From Polyangiaceae bacterium (GTDB lineage Bacteria; Myxococcota_A; Polyangia; Polyangiales; Polyangiaceae): DNA of 64,000 bases. The position numbers and the translations under genes are program-made. A model generated the notes under the pieces. The model was not told the DNA's origin. It was given only the letters and a program-made list of their open reading frames with translations, and did no database searches. This document shows, in pieces, positions 1 to 8,997 of this stretch; position 1 is the first letter of the stretch, and each line of letters begins with the position of its first letter. Location: NCBI GenBank assembly GCA_044376115.1, contig JBILLK010000012.1, positions 32,001 through 96,000 of the forward strand, in the 5' to 3' direction.

Positions 1-667
1 GAGCGAAAACGAGGCGTACAGCTTCGAGAGTCACGGGTCGCAGCTCAGCGTAGGACGTGTCGAGGTCATCTCCCAATGCGTCCCCGCGCTTCACAAAGAA
101 CTGCGTCAAGTCCTCGGCTAGACGTGAGAGATGCTTCTTGAGGATGAGGCCAGCCTCGCGCGTCGTTCCGACGGTTACGCCGACCTTTTCAAGGCGGAGC
201 GCCAGATCAAGCAAGGCCGGACTAACAACAAAGAAGGCATCTCCCTTTCGTTCGATGGTGCGCGCCCTCAGCAGCTCAGCTGCGAGTCCAGGCCTATGTC
301 CGTCGAGCAGCTGGCCGAGTTCTCCTTCCGAGAGCACCTTGGGGCGGTCACCTGCCCATGGGGCGTTAAGCTGATCATGCGAACCAAGCCAGTCTTGAAT
401 GGTAAATCCGTTCTTCTCTGCTTGAGACAAGACGTCGCGAATCGCTTTGATCTGCAGCCCACGGTCCTGGAGCATTGCAATCTGCTCCAGCCGCTCTGCG
501 TGGCTGCGCCCATAAATAGCAACTCGCCCGCGGATGAACGGTTTAGGCAGCGCCCCCTCAGATTGGTAGAAGCGTATTGTGCGGCTGGGAACCCGCGCGA
601 GCGTTGCGAGCTCATCAATCGTGTACTCAGGCTCCGGCGAACCGGACTCTGTCTTTGGCGCTGCCAC
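1..667 (-). CDS. MerR-family HTH transcriptional regulator (3' end runs off the window)
   Basis: Not in the ORF track. Manual minus-strand translation from GTG 667 gives MAAPKTESGSPEPEYTIDELATLSRVPSRTIRFYQSEGALPKPFIRGRVAIYGRSHAERLEQIAMLQDRGLQIKAIRDVL..., which is a MerR HTH pattern. The frame is open to position 1. An alternative in-frame GTG lies at 688. Confidence 0.85.
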   Translation of the reverse strand, partial: MAAPKTESGSPEPEYTIDELATLARVPSRTIRFYQSEGALPKPFIRGRVAIYGRSHAERLEQIAMLQDRGLQIKAIRDVLSQAEKNGFTIQDWLGSHDQLNAPWAGDRPKVLSEGELGQLLDGHRPGLAAELLRARTIERKGDAFFVVSPALLDLALRLEKVGVTVGTTREAGLILKKHLSRLAEDLTQFFVKRGDALGDDLDTSYAELRPVTLEAVRLVFA

Positions 668-674
668 GATGACT

Positions 675-703
675 GTTGTAACCGTCACAGTTGATACTGT
701 CAA
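675..703 (-). promoter_or_regulatory. sigma70-type promoter of the MerR gene with an overlapping palindromic operator
   Basis: The minus strand reads TTGACA (703-698), 17 bp, TACAAC (680-675). The palindrome ACAGT-TGAT-ACTGT at 687-700 overlaps the spacer and the -35 box. Confidence 0.6.
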
Positions 704-721
704 GATAGGTCCGGGTCTGGG

Positions 722-2191
722 GTGACTTTGTTGGGGCCCAGCGCTGCGCTACGGTCTAGAGGCTTGACGAATTCGGTTGAACCTCATGCGGAGAGTGGAG
801 GCCATGCGCAACACGACGCGCTGCTCGGGACGCTTGTAGCTGGGCACTACCGCGTAATCCGCAGGATCGGGCAAGGTGGGATGGGCGCGGTCTATGAAGT
901 CACTCGCGATGAAGAGCGCGCTGCCATCAAGTTCATCACGGGGAACGGCAAGCAACTCGATAGTCGGGCGCTCAAGAGGTTCCAACGCGAAGCGGCTCTT
1001 GCGGCTGAGATCGTTCACCCCAACGTGACGCGTACGTTTGAGTTCGGCCACGATGACGAGCTGGGTGCCCCCTTCTTCGTGATGGAGCTGCTCGCGGGGC
1101 GGGATCTCGGCGCGGTGCTTCAGGAGCTGGCGCCTTTGGAACCCGCGGTGTGCGCCAAGATCGGCGCGCAAGCAGCTCGAGGGCTTTCGGCGGCGCATTC
1201 CCGTGGAGTCGTTCATAGGGATGTGAAGCCACACAATCTCTTTCTTCACGGTCAGCAGGAGGTGACCGTCAAGGTTTGCGATTTTGGCGTAGCGAAGCTT
1301 GCTGAACCGGCGCGCCAAGGGGACGACTCCTCGCTGACGCACAGCGGAGGCATCATCGGATCTCCGCGCTATATGTCGCCTGAGCAAGCGCAAGGGGCAA
1401 AGGACCTCGATGAGCGAACGGACGTGTGGAGCTTGTGTGCCTCGTTGTTCGAGGCGCTCTCGGGGCGCCGCCTTTGGGAGGCGGAGACGCTAGGTGAAAT
1501 CATCGTGGCAATCTGCACCAAGCCGATTCCACGGCTTACGCAGGTGGCGCCCTGGGTTCCACCGGCGCTCGCCGCAACTGTGCATCGCGGACTGGAGCGG
1601 GACAAGGAGGCTCGCTGGCCAACCATGCATGAGCTGGAACAGGCGCTCGATCAACATACGGACGGGGCTAACGCGATGAACTGGGACGATTTAACCCAGG
1701 TGCCAGAGGCAGCGCGTCGATCAGCGAGCCATAGGTCCGTCGCGGACGTGGTAACCCGCGCCGATAACACCTACGCGCCCGCGGCTGTCGCAATCGCGCA
1801 TAGGACAACGCCGGTCTGGGGCGTCATGGGCGTTGTTCTCGCGCTAGCGGCTGCACTTGCATGGGCCACGCTGCGCAGCTCGGCTGGTAGTGCTCAGCAG
1901 TCAGGGTCGCCAATCGAAGGGCCGCCACTTGCCGAGTCAACCCCGTCCACGTTGCGCCCAGGCAACGGGGCCGACGAGAGCGCTCAACCACCCACTGGCA
2001 GCTCGGGAACAACACCGTCGAGCGCTGGCGCGACCAACATCCCTTTAGCGGTCAAGGAGCTGTCCGTGCCCTCGGCTGTTCATAGAGCCTCAGGCGTCTC
2101 GCGTACGACCCAACCGCCGAAGAGTGCTTCGGCAGCGGCCCGCCCCAGCGTTTCCGCCGCCACGTTGCCAACCCGAGAAGATTGGAAATGA
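722..2191 (+). CDS. Hanks-type Ser/Thr protein kinase with one TM helix and a low-complexity C-terminus
   Basis: Motifs GQGGMG, AAIK, HRDVKPHN, DFG, YMSPEQ and DVWSL. TM segment VWGVMGVVLALAAALAWATL. Start is uncertain. Confidence 0.95.
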   Translation: MTLLGPSAALRSRGLTNSVEPHAESGGHAQHDALLGTLVAGHYRVIRRIGQGGMGAVYEVTRDEERAAIKFITGNGKQLDSRALKRFQREAALAAEIVHPNVTRTFEFGHDDELGAPFFVMELLAGRDLGAVLQELAPLEPAVCAKIGAQAARGLSAAHSRGVVHRDVKPHNLFLHGQQEVTVKVCDFGVAKLAEPARQGDDSSLTHSGGIIGSPRYMSPEQAQGAKDLDERTDVWSLCASLFEALSGRRLWEAETLGEIIVAICTKPIPRLTQVAPWVPPALAATVHRGLERDKEARWPTMHELEQALDQHTDGANAMNWDDLTQVPEAARRSASHRSVADVVTRADNTYAPAAVAIAHRTTPVWGVMGVVLALAAALAWATLRSSAGSAQQSGSPIEGPPLAESTPSTLRPGNGADESAQPPTGSSGTTPSSAGATNIPLAVKELSVPSAVHRASGVSRTTQPPKSASAAARPSVSAATLPTREDWK

Positions 2192-2254
2192 CGCCCTAGG
2201 CTCAATCCGCATTATTCTCATAAGGCGGCGCATATCATTCTGTACAATCGACCC

Positions 2255-4738
2255 ATGAGGCGAAAGCTGTTGGCGGTCTCTGCCCTTGGATTTGTACTGC
2301 TGGCCTGCGGAGATAGCGGAACGAGCGCGGGCGGTGCTGGAGGAACCGCAGGCGGTGGCAACGGCGGGAACACCGGTGGCACAGGCGGGATAGCAGGCGG
2401 CTTCTCCACGACTGGCGGAAGCGGTGGCAACAATGTTGTTGAGTGCACGGTGCCCTGCGAGCCTGGGCAGATTTGCACCCACGGTACCTGCATTGAGCAA
2501 CAGCCGTGCTCCAAAGACGATGACTGCGACTTCGATACTTATTGCGATGAAGCCAGCATGCTGTGTATCCCGTGGGACACCGCGCGCCCAGGCGCCGACG
2601 AGAACTGCGCGCAGATCTCTGTGCCTGGCTTGCTCTCACCCAAAGTACGTTGTGAATTCTCAGCTGCGCCCGCCAACGATGCATTTCCGAATCACGTTGA
2701 TGTGCAAGGGACTCCTGTAGTCGTTAACTTCAATACGCCCGCGAGTTCAGGCCCGCCGAGTATTGCCGCAAGCTTCACGGCGACCGTCATTAACAGCTAC
2801 ACGGAGGATCTTGGCGTTATCCGAGTACTCAAAGGCACAGATTGCTCACTAGAAACGAATCTTGGCGGGAGCGACCTCGATGGCGACAGCGTCATTGACT
2901 GGACGGTATCGAGTGCCTCGCTAGCCGTTGCCGACTTGGACGGCGATAGCTCGGCCGAAATAGTTGCCTACGGCGCAGATGGTTCAACGCTGGCTTTCAC
3001 TCGAAAGCTCGGAGTGTGGTCCTTACTCTGGAAGGCGCCCTACCCTGCTGGAGCCCCCTGGTCTCCTTGCAATACAGTGGATCGTCGATGCTCGTTGGGA
3101 TGGGCGGGTGCGTCCATTCATGATCTCGACGACGATGGGACGCCCGAGATCATACGTGAGGGAGTGGTCTTCTCGAGCGGTGGGGGATTGGTCTCCCTGC
3201 AGCCCGCCCAATACGCCAGCTATTCCCAAGGGGTATTCCCGGTTCTCGCCAATCTTGATGAAGACGCACCAGTAGAGTTCACCAACGGGGCACGCGTGTG
3301 GGAATGGAACCAAGGCTGGGTGCTTGATGCAGGCTACCCCGAGAGTTCAGTTGGGTTGGTTGCTGTGGCGGACTTTGGGGCATACGGGGTTGGGCCTGGG
3401 TCGGATGCGGAGATCGCCATTGTTACCGGCGGAACCGTGCTCGTGCGAGCACTCGACGGTTCCTTGGTCATGGGTCCCGTAGTTGTGCCGGGCAACAATC
3501 CGGGTGGGGGTCCGCCCACCGTTTCGGACTTCGACGGGGATGGGCTGGTCGAAGTGGGCGTGGCCGGGCGAGCCTACTACACGGTATTCGATATTGATTG
3601 CGGTCCCAACCCGCGCCCAGGTGGCAGCTGCAATCTGGGTTCCTGTGACGCCCTCAACGGGCCGTGCACCGCGGGCGGCTCGATCCTTTGGTCCCAAGCC
3701 ACGCAAGACATCTCAAGCAACGTCACAGGCTCAAGCATCTTTGACTTCGAGGCGGACGGCAAAGCTGAGGTCGTCTACGGAGACGAGTGCTTTACTCGCA
3801 TATACGACGGAGAGACGGGTGACGTCCTGTTTAGTCAATATCGTTCTAGCTGTACTTGGTACGAGAATCCGATCATTGCCGACGCGGACGGGAACTTCCG
3901 AGCCGACTTGATCACGCCCTCCAATAAGGCGTGCTCTCCTACCGGAGACGGAATTGCGTGTGGCAACCTAACCCCAGAGGGTGTGGACTCTCAGTGGCCC
4001 GGCGTTCGCTGCCAAAGTGCCTCGGATTGCGTCTCTGGTACGTGTGACCAAGGGCTATGCCGTTGCGTGACAAGCTCGCAATGTTGTGGCGCCAATGACG
4101 ACGCGATCTGTGTGGAGCAGGGGCTCCAATGTGCGCCGCCACCGGCCGGGACAGCTGGCTCAGGCAATACGTGCCGAGCCTCACACCCCCACGGGGTGTC
4201 GGGCATTCGAGTCTACTCGGACGCCAATGACCAGTGGGTTAGATCGCGAACCATTTGGAATCAGCACGCCTACCACGTAACCCATATTGGGGAAGACGCA
4301 GTGGTGCCTCAAACTTCGATGTGGGATAAGAATTGGGAACAGCCCGAACTCAATAACTTTCGGCAAAACGTTCCAGGCGGTCCCTTTGGCACGAGCGTCC
4401 CCGACTCCACCGCTGGAGCCGCACTATTTGACGGATGTCTGGGTGGTCAGGCAACGCTCACAGTAGATGTTTGCAACCGCGGCTCCGCACCTCAAGGCGC
4501 TGGGATCGTGGTTGGGTTCTATGTGGATGGTATGAAGATTTGCGAGACCTCCACATCCCAACCGCTGGCCCCGGAGGAGTGTGAGAGCGTCTCGTGCGTT
4601 TGGGCCACGCCCCCAGGAACAAGCGCGCAGGCGGTAAACGTCGACGTGGTCGCGAACGACGGTGGCGCTGCAGCTGAGTGCCACGACAACAACAACGGTG
4701 GCATCGTGCTGGACGTGTGGTGCCAGCCCCCGAGCTGA
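2255..4738 (+). CDS. FG-GAP/VCBS-repeat Cys-rich lipoprotein with a CARDB-like C-terminal domain
   Basis: Lipobox LLAC and a Gly-rich linker. Repeated Ca-binding motifs (ADLDGDSSAEIV, DLDDDGTPEI, SDFDGDGLVEV, DFEADGKAEVVY, ADADGNFRADL). C-terminal VCNRGS...ECHDNNN. Confidence 0.85.
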   Translation: MRRKLLAVSALGFVLLACGDSGTSAGGAGGTAGGGNGGNTGGTGGIAGGFSTTGGSGGNNVVECTVPCEPGQICTHGTCIEQQPCSKDDDCDFDTYCDEASMLCIPWDTARPGADENCAQISVPGLLSPKVRCEFSAAPANDAFPNHVDVQGTPVVVNFNTPASSGPPSIAASFTATVINSYTEDLGVIRVLKGTDCSLETNLGGSDLDGDSVIDWTVSSASLAVADLDGDSSAEIVAYGADGSTLAFTRKLGVWSLLWKAPYPAGAPWSPCNTVDRRCSLGWAGASIHDLDDDGTPEIIREGVVFSSGGGLVSLQPAQYASYSQGVFPVLANLDEDAPVEFTNGARVWEWNQGWVLDAGYPESSVGLVAVADFGAYGVGPGSDAEIAIVTGGTVLVRALDGSLVMGPVVVPGNNPGGGPPTVSDFDGDGLVEVGVAGRAYYTVFDIDCGPNPRPGGSCNLGSCDALNGPCTAGGSILWSQATQDISSNVTGSSIFDFEADGKAEVVYGDECFTRIYDGETGDVLFSQYRSSCTWYENPIIADADGNFRADLITPSNKACSPTGDGIACGNLTPEGVDSQWPGVRCQSASDCVSGTCDQGLCRCVTSSQCCGANDDAICVEQGLQCAPPPAGTAGSGNTCRASHPHGVSGIRVYSDANDQWVRSRTIWNQHAYHVTHIGEDAVVPQTSMWDKNWEQPELNNFRQNVPGGPFGTSVPDSTAGAALFDGCLGGQATLTVDVCNRGSAPQGAGIVVGFYVDGMKICETSTSQPLAPEECESVSCVWATPPGTSAQAVNVDVVANDGGAAAECHDNNNGGIVLDVWCQPPS

Positions 4739-4810
4739 CCTCCGACTCTTCAGCTGAGGCCTACCGCTCGAGTCATTCACAACAGAGCGGGACAGGGCTA
4801 CGGTCCTTAC

Positions 4811-6379
4811 GTGCTCCCCCAAACCCTAGGCCCCTTCGAGATTGCAGGCATTCTCGGAGAGGGCGGCAGCGCGATCGTCTACGCCGCCAGAGATGGGCAG
4901 CGCGATCTCGCGCTCAAGGTCCTTCATCCAGAGCAGCATGTAGACGCGCAGCAAGTAGCGCGATTTCTTGACGAAGCCGAGCGGATGCGCCGGGTTGAAC
5001 ATCGATGTTTGGTGCAAATTCTGGGAGCCGGGATGCTACCAGGCGGGCGGCCCTACATTGCTATGCCACGGCTTGAGGGCCAGCCGTTGTCGAGACGGCT
5101 CGAGCGTGGACCGATTCCGCTCCCTGACGCTTTAGCCCTATTCGAGGGTGTGGCCGGCGCGGTGGACGCCCTTCATCTCGCCGGCCTCTTGCACCGCGAT
5201 ATCAAACCCGAGAACGTCTTCCTTTGCGAAGCGGAGGGTGGTTCGGGCCAACGCGCAACACGGCTCGTACTTCTTGACCTTGGAATCGCACGGGACACAG
5301 CAGCAAACCCGTCAACGACGACGCGGGCCGGGCTGATGCGCGGAACGCCCGCCTATATGGCACCGGAGCGACTGTTTGGGCAGCCGGCGTCGGTACGCTC
5401 GGACGTCTACGAACTAGCGCTGCTATTCTATCTCATGTTGACGGCCCACCTCCCTTGGGAAGAAGGAGATCCCTCGGCACGCTTGTCACCCACGATTCGA
5501 CCGGGGGATCAGCAACGGTTACCGAGGCCGCTAGTCACTACCATCTTGGGGGCTCTCCACGCTGATTTGAATCAGCGCTGCAAGTCCGTACCTGAGCTTC
5601 TCGCGCGCCTCCGCAGCGCAACGCAGAGTGACGGAGGACCTAGCGTTAGCCAGCAATTGGGTGGGGCGACCCTAGAGAGCAACTATGCGCGGTCGGCAAG
5701 TGGGCCTCCCATCGCCCCTGCATCAGCCGAAAGACGCGCCTTCGCAACCCAAACCACCACGACTGGGAGTGAAGTCCCCGCGCCGCGCCGTGTCCTTCCT
5801 TGGGTTGCGGTTGCCGCCGTGGCAGGGTTCGCGAGTGCGGGCGCGGTCTATCAGCTACCTCACCTGCGCAGCGCTCCCCCAGTAGCGCACGACATGGCTG
5901 ACGACACCACGCACACGACCAGCATCGAGCTGACACCGACTGCCACGCCATCCGTGACAGTGGCTCCCCCGCCAACAACATCACCACTATCCGCAAGTGC
6001 TTCAGCGTCCGGGTCGGCTGTTCCGACCGCAATGCCGTCAGCGTCGACTTCGCCAGTGGCGATCGGCGCGGTCAAGGAGGGCGTGTTGCCCGCCTCCGTG
6101 ATCGAAGGACGGGTACGGGCGCGGATGGCGGGGATGCAGGCCTGTGTGCACGGCGAGGCCGAACAGCCCGGCTTTCAAGGCGGGCGCGTGACGATGAACT
6201 TCTGGATCGGTCTCGACGGCTCTGTAACGTCGGCGAAGGGTCATGGCGAGCTACTGTCGCCGGTCGTGGTGCAATGCGTGCTAGCGCAACTTCGCACGGT
6301 GAAATTTCCACCTCCAACAGGAGGCCCAGTCAACGTTATCTTTCCGATCCGCTTCACCCCACCGACGCCTCAAAAGTAG
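4811..6379 (+). CDS. Ser/Thr protein kinase with TM helix and a C-terminal AgmX/PglI (TonB-C-like) domain
   Basis: Motifs GEGGSA, ALK, HRDIKPEN, DLG (DFG variant) and YMAPE. TM at PWVAVAAVAGF. C-terminus GRVTMNFWIGLDGSV...QCVLAQLRTVKFPPP..VNVIFPIRF. Confidence 0.9.
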   Translation: MLPQTLGPFEIAGILGEGGSAIVYAARDGQRDLALKVLHPEQHVDAQQVARFLDEAERMRRVEHRCLVQILGAGMLPGGRPYIAMPRLEGQPLSRRLERGPIPLPDALALFEGVAGAVDALHLAGLLHRDIKPENVFLCEAEGGSGQRATRLVLLDLGIARDTAANPSTTTRAGLMRGTPAYMAPERLFGQPASVRSDVYELALLFYLMLTAHLPWEEGDPSARLSPTIRPGDQQRLPRPLVTTILGALHADLNQRCKSVPELLARLRSATQSDGGPSVSQQLGGATLESNYARSASGPPIAPASAERRAFATQTTTTGSEVPAPRRVLPWVAVAAVAGFASAGAVYQLPHLRSAPPVAHDMADDTTHTTSIELTPTATPSVTVAPPPTTSPLSASASASGSAVPTAMPSASTSPVAIGAVKEGVLPASVIEGRVRARMAGMQACVHGEAEQPGFQGGRVTMNFWIGLDGSVTSAKGHGELLSPVVVQCVLAQLRTVKFPPPTGGPVNVIFPIRFTPPTPQK

Positions 6380-6392
6380 TTGATTGTCGAGG

Positions 6393-7076
6393 TCACGGCA
6401 CGCTGAGCTCTATTAGCGTCCCAGTGCGCGTGACTTTGAGCGGCGAGGCAACGATGCGTCGCTTCTTCAGCGTAGAGCTTGCTTCGCGCAACTCCTCCGC
6501 CGCCTGCTTGCCCTTGATGAAGAGCAGGCGCCCCGGGCTCTTTACGAAAGGGAGCGTCCACTGCAAGAGCATTGGTAAACGAGCCACGGCACGAGCAACG
6601 ACAATGTCAAAACGCTTGGCCAAAGCTCCTGCCCCGAGGTGCTCGGCTCGCTCCGGGTACACTTCAACGTTCTCCAGACTAAGCGCCAGAGAAACGGCGG
6701 TGAGGAAAGCGGCCTTCTTCTGTGTTGCCTCGACGAGCGCTATGTGAAGGTCAGGTCGCGCAATCGCTAACAAGATACCTGGGACGCCTGAGCCCGACCC
6801 AACGTCGACGAGACGTGCGCCGCTGGGGACGTTTCGGAGCAATGGCAAAAGCGTTAGCGCGTCCAAAGCGTGCCTCTCCCAGACGTCTACCTCGGAGCGG
6901 ACTGCCGTAAGGTTCATCTGCTCATTCATCGACAGTAGGCGTCCCAGATAGTTCGCCACCTTAGCAAGCGCCGCCGGCTCAAGGCTGACGCTGGCCTCGG
7001 CGAGCCACGTTGGAAAGGCACTTGGCACGGCCAAGGGAGCCGCGTCCGGCAAGGTCAGTGGAGTGCGCCCGTTCAT
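6393..7076 (-). CDS. rsmG: 16S rRNA m7G527 methyltransferase RsmG (GidB)
   Basis: NEQMNLTA, HALDAL, DVGSGSGVPG, KKAAFL, RAE, ARAVA and KG motifs. Confidence 0.95.
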   Translation of the reverse strand: MNGRTPLTLPDAAPLAVPSAFPTWLAEASVSLEPAALAKVANYLGRLLSMNEQMNLTAVRSEVDVWERHALDALTLLPLLRNVPSGARLVDVGSGSGVPGILLAIARPDLHIALVEATQKKAAFLTAVSLALSLENVEVYPERAEHLGAGALAKRFDIVVARAVARLPMLLQWTLPFVKSPGRLLFIKGKQAAEELREASSTLKKRRIVASPLKVTRTGTLIELSVP

Positions 7077-7183
7077 TGCCTTGTCCTATTCCACGCGGGG
7101 GCATGAAAGAACCAGAATCTAGAGTTCGTTCGCCCAGGACTTTCAAGACTGATCAAAACGCGCCTGGCCGGAGATAGAGTGGC

Positions 7184-8989
7184 ATGCGGTACTGGGCATT
7201 GATTCTGGGCTCTCTGCTAGGTTGCGGCTCGTCGGCGACCGATGGCAGCGGCGGATCAGGCGGTACAACCCCGAGCAGCGGGGGTAGCGGCGGCGGTGAA
7301 CTAAAGGAGCCGCAGGTCCTTTGCGCGGAGCAAGATGCTGAGCTCGGGGTCGCTCGACCGGAGGGTTGGGAAGTGCTCTCTCACTGCAAGTTCGCGCCGG
7401 CGGACGTAGAGACGGTGTTTCCAAGCAACAGAGTACTGGCGCTCACCATCGTGATGAAGGCCGACGAATACGCAGCTATGCAGGCCGACCTTACGGACCT
7501 GATGGGAGGCGGGGGTGAGCCGCCGGACGAGGATCCGCTCTTCATTGCGTGTGAAGGGCTCAAGCTTGAGGCTCCATGCGAGGTAGACCAAGGCGGTGGG
7601 GCGGAACCGGGCGTTTGCAACAATGCGCAGGGACCGCTCTTGTGTATTCCCTTGTCGTGGTTTCCGCCTCAAGAATGGCAGGACGCCTGCGAGGGACTGA
7701 GCTTCTTTGACGCGTGCATAACCAACGAGCACGAGGGGCTCTGTGAGGATCAGGGGCTCGGCCTCGCGTGCTTTCCCAACGTTGGTCCTCCTGCTACCGG
7801 CGAAGACCCGTGCCTAAATCGACAGGAGGGTGAGAGCTGCCAGCAAGGCTCTAAAACTGGTGAATGTCTTTCCTCAACTGGCCCCCTGATCTGCCAAGCA
7901 GATGGCTTCGATAGCGCTGACCTCCATTCCGTCCCCCTTGACGAGGCCGTTTCCTTCTGGAGCCGGGAGCCGCTCTACTTCCACGCGGAGATCTTGTTCG
8001 AGGGTGCGCGCTACGAAAACGTTGGGATTCGATACAAAGGCAATAATGGGTTAGCCACCGCCATTGGCGAGAAGAAGCCCTTGCGGCTCAAGATGGATGA
8101 ATGGGAAGACGAGCACCCCGAGATTACCGATCAACGGCTATTCGGATTCCAACATCTTTCCTTTTCACCAAATCAGACGGACCCGTCCAACCTGCGTCAA
8201 GTGTTAGCTACCGAGGTCTTCCGCCGCCAGGGCGTACCAACATTTTACGCTTCATTCGTCGAGGTTTCACTCGACACCGGAGAAGGGCCGCGGCTGCTTG
8301 GCGTCTACGCGATGAGCGAGGTCCCAGACAACCCGCTATTGGAGCGAGAGTTTGGTTCCGACGAGGGGAACTTCTACAAAGCTGACGGCCGTGGCGCCCA
8401 CTTCGTTACGTTTGAGGAAGAGTCTTTTCACAAGCAGAACAACGATAGCGCTCCTATGACGGAGCTGGAGAACTTCATCAGCGCACTTCACGCTAGTCAG
8501 GGGGACCGATCTGCATGGCGAGCTGACTTGAGGGCCACGTTCAACATCGACGCCTTCGCGGAGTTTTTCGCGGTCAATCAGGTGATTGGCAATTGGGATA
8601 CCTATGGTGGTTATGCCCACAACTTCTACCTCTATGCCGACCGTGACAGCTCAAAGATCACCTTCATCCCGTGGGACTTCGACCTTGCCTTCGACGGCAG
8701 CGGCCCTACCGACCACACCCTGAGCAGCTTCAACGGGCAGTGGCCGCTACTTCAAGCAGTAGCCCGTGACGTTGAATTCGGTACCCTGTTCCGAAACAAG
8801 CTGCAGGCTGTCGCAGTAAGTGAACTCGACGAGGGGCGCCTTGCTGCTCGAGTTGACGAACTGGAGACGCTACTAACCGAAGCCATCGAGAGAGAGACCC
8901 AGGTTAGACCCGACGCGACAACCAGCTTTCAGGCAGGACTGGCGAGCTTGCGCGCGCACCTGCAAAGCCAACAAGAATCGTTAGAGTAA
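7184..8989 (+). CDS. CotH-family kinase lipoprotein with an inserted Cys-rich repeat block
   Basis: Lipobox LLGC. CotH-type motifs VGIRYKGN, KKPLRLKMD, GVYAMSE, NWDTY..AHNFYLY and IPWDFDLAF. Confidence 0.85.
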   Translation: MRYWALILGSLLGCGSSATDGSGGSGGTTPSSGGSGGGELKEPQVLCAEQDAELGVARPEGWEVLSHCKFAPADVETVFPSNRVLALTIVMKADEYAAMQADLTDLMGGGGEPPDEDPLFIACEGLKLEAPCEVDQGGGAEPGVCNNAQGPLLCIPLSWFPPQEWQDACEGLSFFDACITNEHEGLCEDQGLGLACFPNVGPPATGEDPCLNRQEGESCQQGSKTGECLSSTGPLICQADGFDSADLHSVPLDEAVSFWSREPLYFHAEILFEGARYENVGIRYKGNNGLATAIGEKKPLRLKMDEWEDEHPEITDQRLFGFQHLSFSPNQTDPSNLRQVLATEVFRRQGVPTFYASFVEVSLDTGEGPRLLGVYAMSEVPDNPLLEREFGSDEGNFYKADGRGAHFVTFEEESFHKQNNDSAPMTELENFISALHASQGDRSAWRADLRATFNIDAFAEFFAVNQVIGNWDTYGGYAHNFYLYADRDSSKITFIPWDFDLAFDGSGPTDHTLSSFNGQWPLLQAVARDVEFGTLFRNKLQAVAVSELDEGRLAARVDELETLLTEAIERETQVRPDATTSFQAGLASLRAHLQSQQESLE

Positions 8990-8997
8990 CTCAGCGA

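Noticed and set aside
131..694. 187-aa plus-strand ORF and other short ORFs here
   Set aside because: These are antisense shadows of the MerR-family gene on the minus strand.
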